Source: a virus. Taken from it: DNA of 64,000 bases. The notes under the pieces are model-generated. The model ran no database searches and was not told the DNA's origin. It saw only the letters and a list, made by a program, of their open reading frames with translations. Of the stretch, positions 62,537 to 64,000 are shown in pieces; the stretch's first letter is position 1, and each line of letters starts with the position of its first letter. The DNA lies in the IMG/VR virus record IMGVR_UViG_3300028920_000048; one strand, given 5' to 3'. Position numbers and translations under genes: made by a program.

Positions 62537-62896
62537 CTACGGGTGCGTAACGTCAGACCCGATCAGATTGGCTTTGTCGCCGTAACGCCTGTTGCCGGTT
62601 GCAGCAATCAGCGTATCAACGTAGCCCTTCTCCGCTGCGCTCAGGATCGGAATGACATACATGTTGCGCCCAATGTCGACGATCATCTTGCCAACGTCCT
62701 GAATGCTGCCGTACGCAGTACCAGACGGGTTCGTGGCTTTGTCAAGATCAACATCGAGCCACGTCCGAAGAGTCATCACATTGGTAATAAAAGCCCTCGC
62801 AGCCGTAAGTTCAACACCTGTAGCTGGGTTCAGCCGCAACGAACGCCCAACCACAACAACCCAACGGGCATATTCCCAATTGTCAATGCCAGTCAT
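62537..62896 (-). CDS. Small protein, paralogue of 42702-43073
   Basis: WEYARWV and VDTLIAATGNRRYGD. Confidence 0.75.
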   Translation of the reverse strand: MTGIDNWEYARWVVVVGRSLRLNPATGVELTAARAFITNVMTLRTWLDVDLDKATNPSGTAYGSIQDVGKMIVDIGRNMYVIPILSAAEKGYVDTLIAATGNRRYGDKANLIGSDVTHP

Positions 62897-62976
62897 GGCT
62901 TTCTCCTCTCAAGAGGTGAGAAGTGACCCGCCTATGGCGCAAACCACAGACGGATCACGAATAAACCCTCAGCCAC

Positions 62977-63228
62977 TCAGGCTGGCGTCCCGTTGTACTT
63001 GTTCGGGTTGTACGCAGACTTCAGACCCTTGTCCCGGTTCGTGTTCTTCCCGACATCCTCATCGCCAAGGAAGTCCTCATCAACCGTAGGCTGCGTCTTG
63101 CCGCCCTTCGCCGTGATCTCGAACGATCCGGCTGGCGTGGCAACTCTGTTCTTCTTGAAAAAACCGATTGCCTCGTCTTCACGAGTCCTTCCAGCAACAA
63201 CAGTTTGATACGCTTTAGAATACGCCAC
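62977..63228 (-). CDS. Small hypothetical protein
   Basis: GTG 63228 after GGAGGAG RBS. Confidence 0.6.
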   Translation of the reverse strand: MAYSKAYQTVVAGRTREDEAIGFFKKNRVATPAGSFEITAKGGKTQPTVDEDFLGDEDVGKNTNRDKGLKSAYNPNKYNGTPA

Positions 63229-63298
63229 TTTTATCTCCTCCCATGACGAACACAAAACTGCGAATCTGAAAACCTACCACAGTTTGACATCTATTCTA

Positions 63299-63664
63299 TC
63301 AGCCCTTTCCCGGAGGTTTGTAGCCCTTTGGTGTTGGAGTCGGAGCCTTACTCTTCTTCCCACCGGGACCGTACCACCTCAGCCAGCCACAAAGAGCCTT
63401 CGGGTCTTTGGCTCCCTTCTTCTTCGCATCTGCAATACACTCTTCCCAAGTCATATCCGCAGTTCGGAATGCAGCCGCTTTCTTGACCTTGGAAATCCTC
63501 TGTGTCCGCATCTTCTCGGCACACGCCGGACAAATCGCTTCCATCTCCTCAGCCGTTACATAATCCCTCGACTCGAAAGCACGCAACAACGCAACCGCAA
63601 GCTTTATACGACCACGCTTGGCATCGGCTGCAACACGAGTAAGCCTCGTCCTTCGTTTTTTCAT
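63299..63664 (-). CDS. Basic small protein with Cys pairs and a leader-like segment
   Basis: RIKLAVALLRA, ICPACAEKM, FRTADMTWEECI...ALCGWL. Confidence 0.65.
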   Translation of the reverse strand: MKKRRTRLTRVAADAKRGRIKLAVALLRAFESRDYVTAEEMEAICPACAEKMRTQRISKVKKAAAFRTADMTWEECIADAKKKGAKDPKALCGWLRWYGPGGKKSKAPTPTPKGYKPPGKG

Positions 63665-63679
63665 CTCTGCACTCCTGAA

Positions 63680-63994
63680 CTAGCTGCTGATGTTGGAGAA
63701 CTTCCACGCACCAGACTTGTATGCAGCATCGGCAACCTTGGTACTGACAATCCCGCTGCCGCTACCCTTGATCATGAAGTGAACCCAAACCTCACCAACG
63801 AAAGCTCCCTTCACAGGCTTCTTGCTCATCTGGACATCAATCCTCGCATGACTCGTCCCAACCTTCAACAGACCCATCTTCCTGATGTTATGCGAGAAGA
63901 TCACCTTATCGCCTTGATCGTTCGCAGACCAAACCATCTTGGCACGAAACGACTTGCCGAACGCATCGGTCAGTTCCTTGGTTTCAGCCTTCAT
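63680..63994 (-). CDS. Hypothetical protein (may begin beyond the window)
   Basis: Open to near the window edge; stop followed by the RBS of the next gene. Confidence 0.55.
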   Translation of the reverse strand: MKAETKELTDAFGKSFRAKMVWSANDQGDKVIFSHNIRKMGLLKVGTSHARIDVQMSKKPVKGAFVGEVWVHFMIKGSGSGIVSTKVADAAYKSGAWKFSNISS

Positions 63995-64000
63995 CTTGTC

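Noticed and set aside
1-64000. Genome-wide stop-codon reassignment (TAG=Gln or TGA=Trp/Gly), suggested by the tape-measure TAG
   Set aside because: TAG and TGA end many genes right before a good RBS and start (13727, 15037, 63680). Read-through at 13727 would create a long out-of-frame overlap, and conserved genes are full length in the standard code.

Overview
This is a 64-kb slice of a large tailed dsDNA bacteriophage, and essentially every credible gene is on the minus strand. Read from right to left it contains: (1) the head module, with a prohead protease carrying two inteins, two acidic scaffold-like proteins, a decoration protein and an HK97-fold major capsid protein; (2) a LAGLIDADG/methyltransferase fusion; (3) an accessory island with 12 tRNA genes (some non-canonical), one tRNA-like RNA and a ~200-nt structured RNA with its own sigma70 promoter; (4) neck genes interleaved with many small modular proteins and a type IB topoisomerase; (5) three tail-tube-like and three chaperone-like paralogues; (6) a tape measure gene split by one in-frame TAG; (7) tail-tip, collagen-like and Cys/Ser-rich fibre genes; (8) a ~10-kb cluster of glycosyltransferase, sulfotransferase-like and methyltransferase genes holding an orphan TnpB omega-RNA. 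The strongest candidate for an undescribed system is a family of at least nine otherwise unrelated proteins sharing a ~18-residue amphipathic leader (MDRLRVAEELVKMARELV-like), which also occurs between domains and is flanked by DNA repeats. It looks like a capsid-cargo addressing tag on a shufflable set of payloads. Other highlights are a small accessory protein carrying a 31-aa near-copy of the capsid protein, a tRNA-like RNA with a predicted pseudoknot replacing the anticodon arm, and an 8/4 allo-tRNA-like tRNA-Ser. All family assignments come from motifs read by eye; no database search was run.
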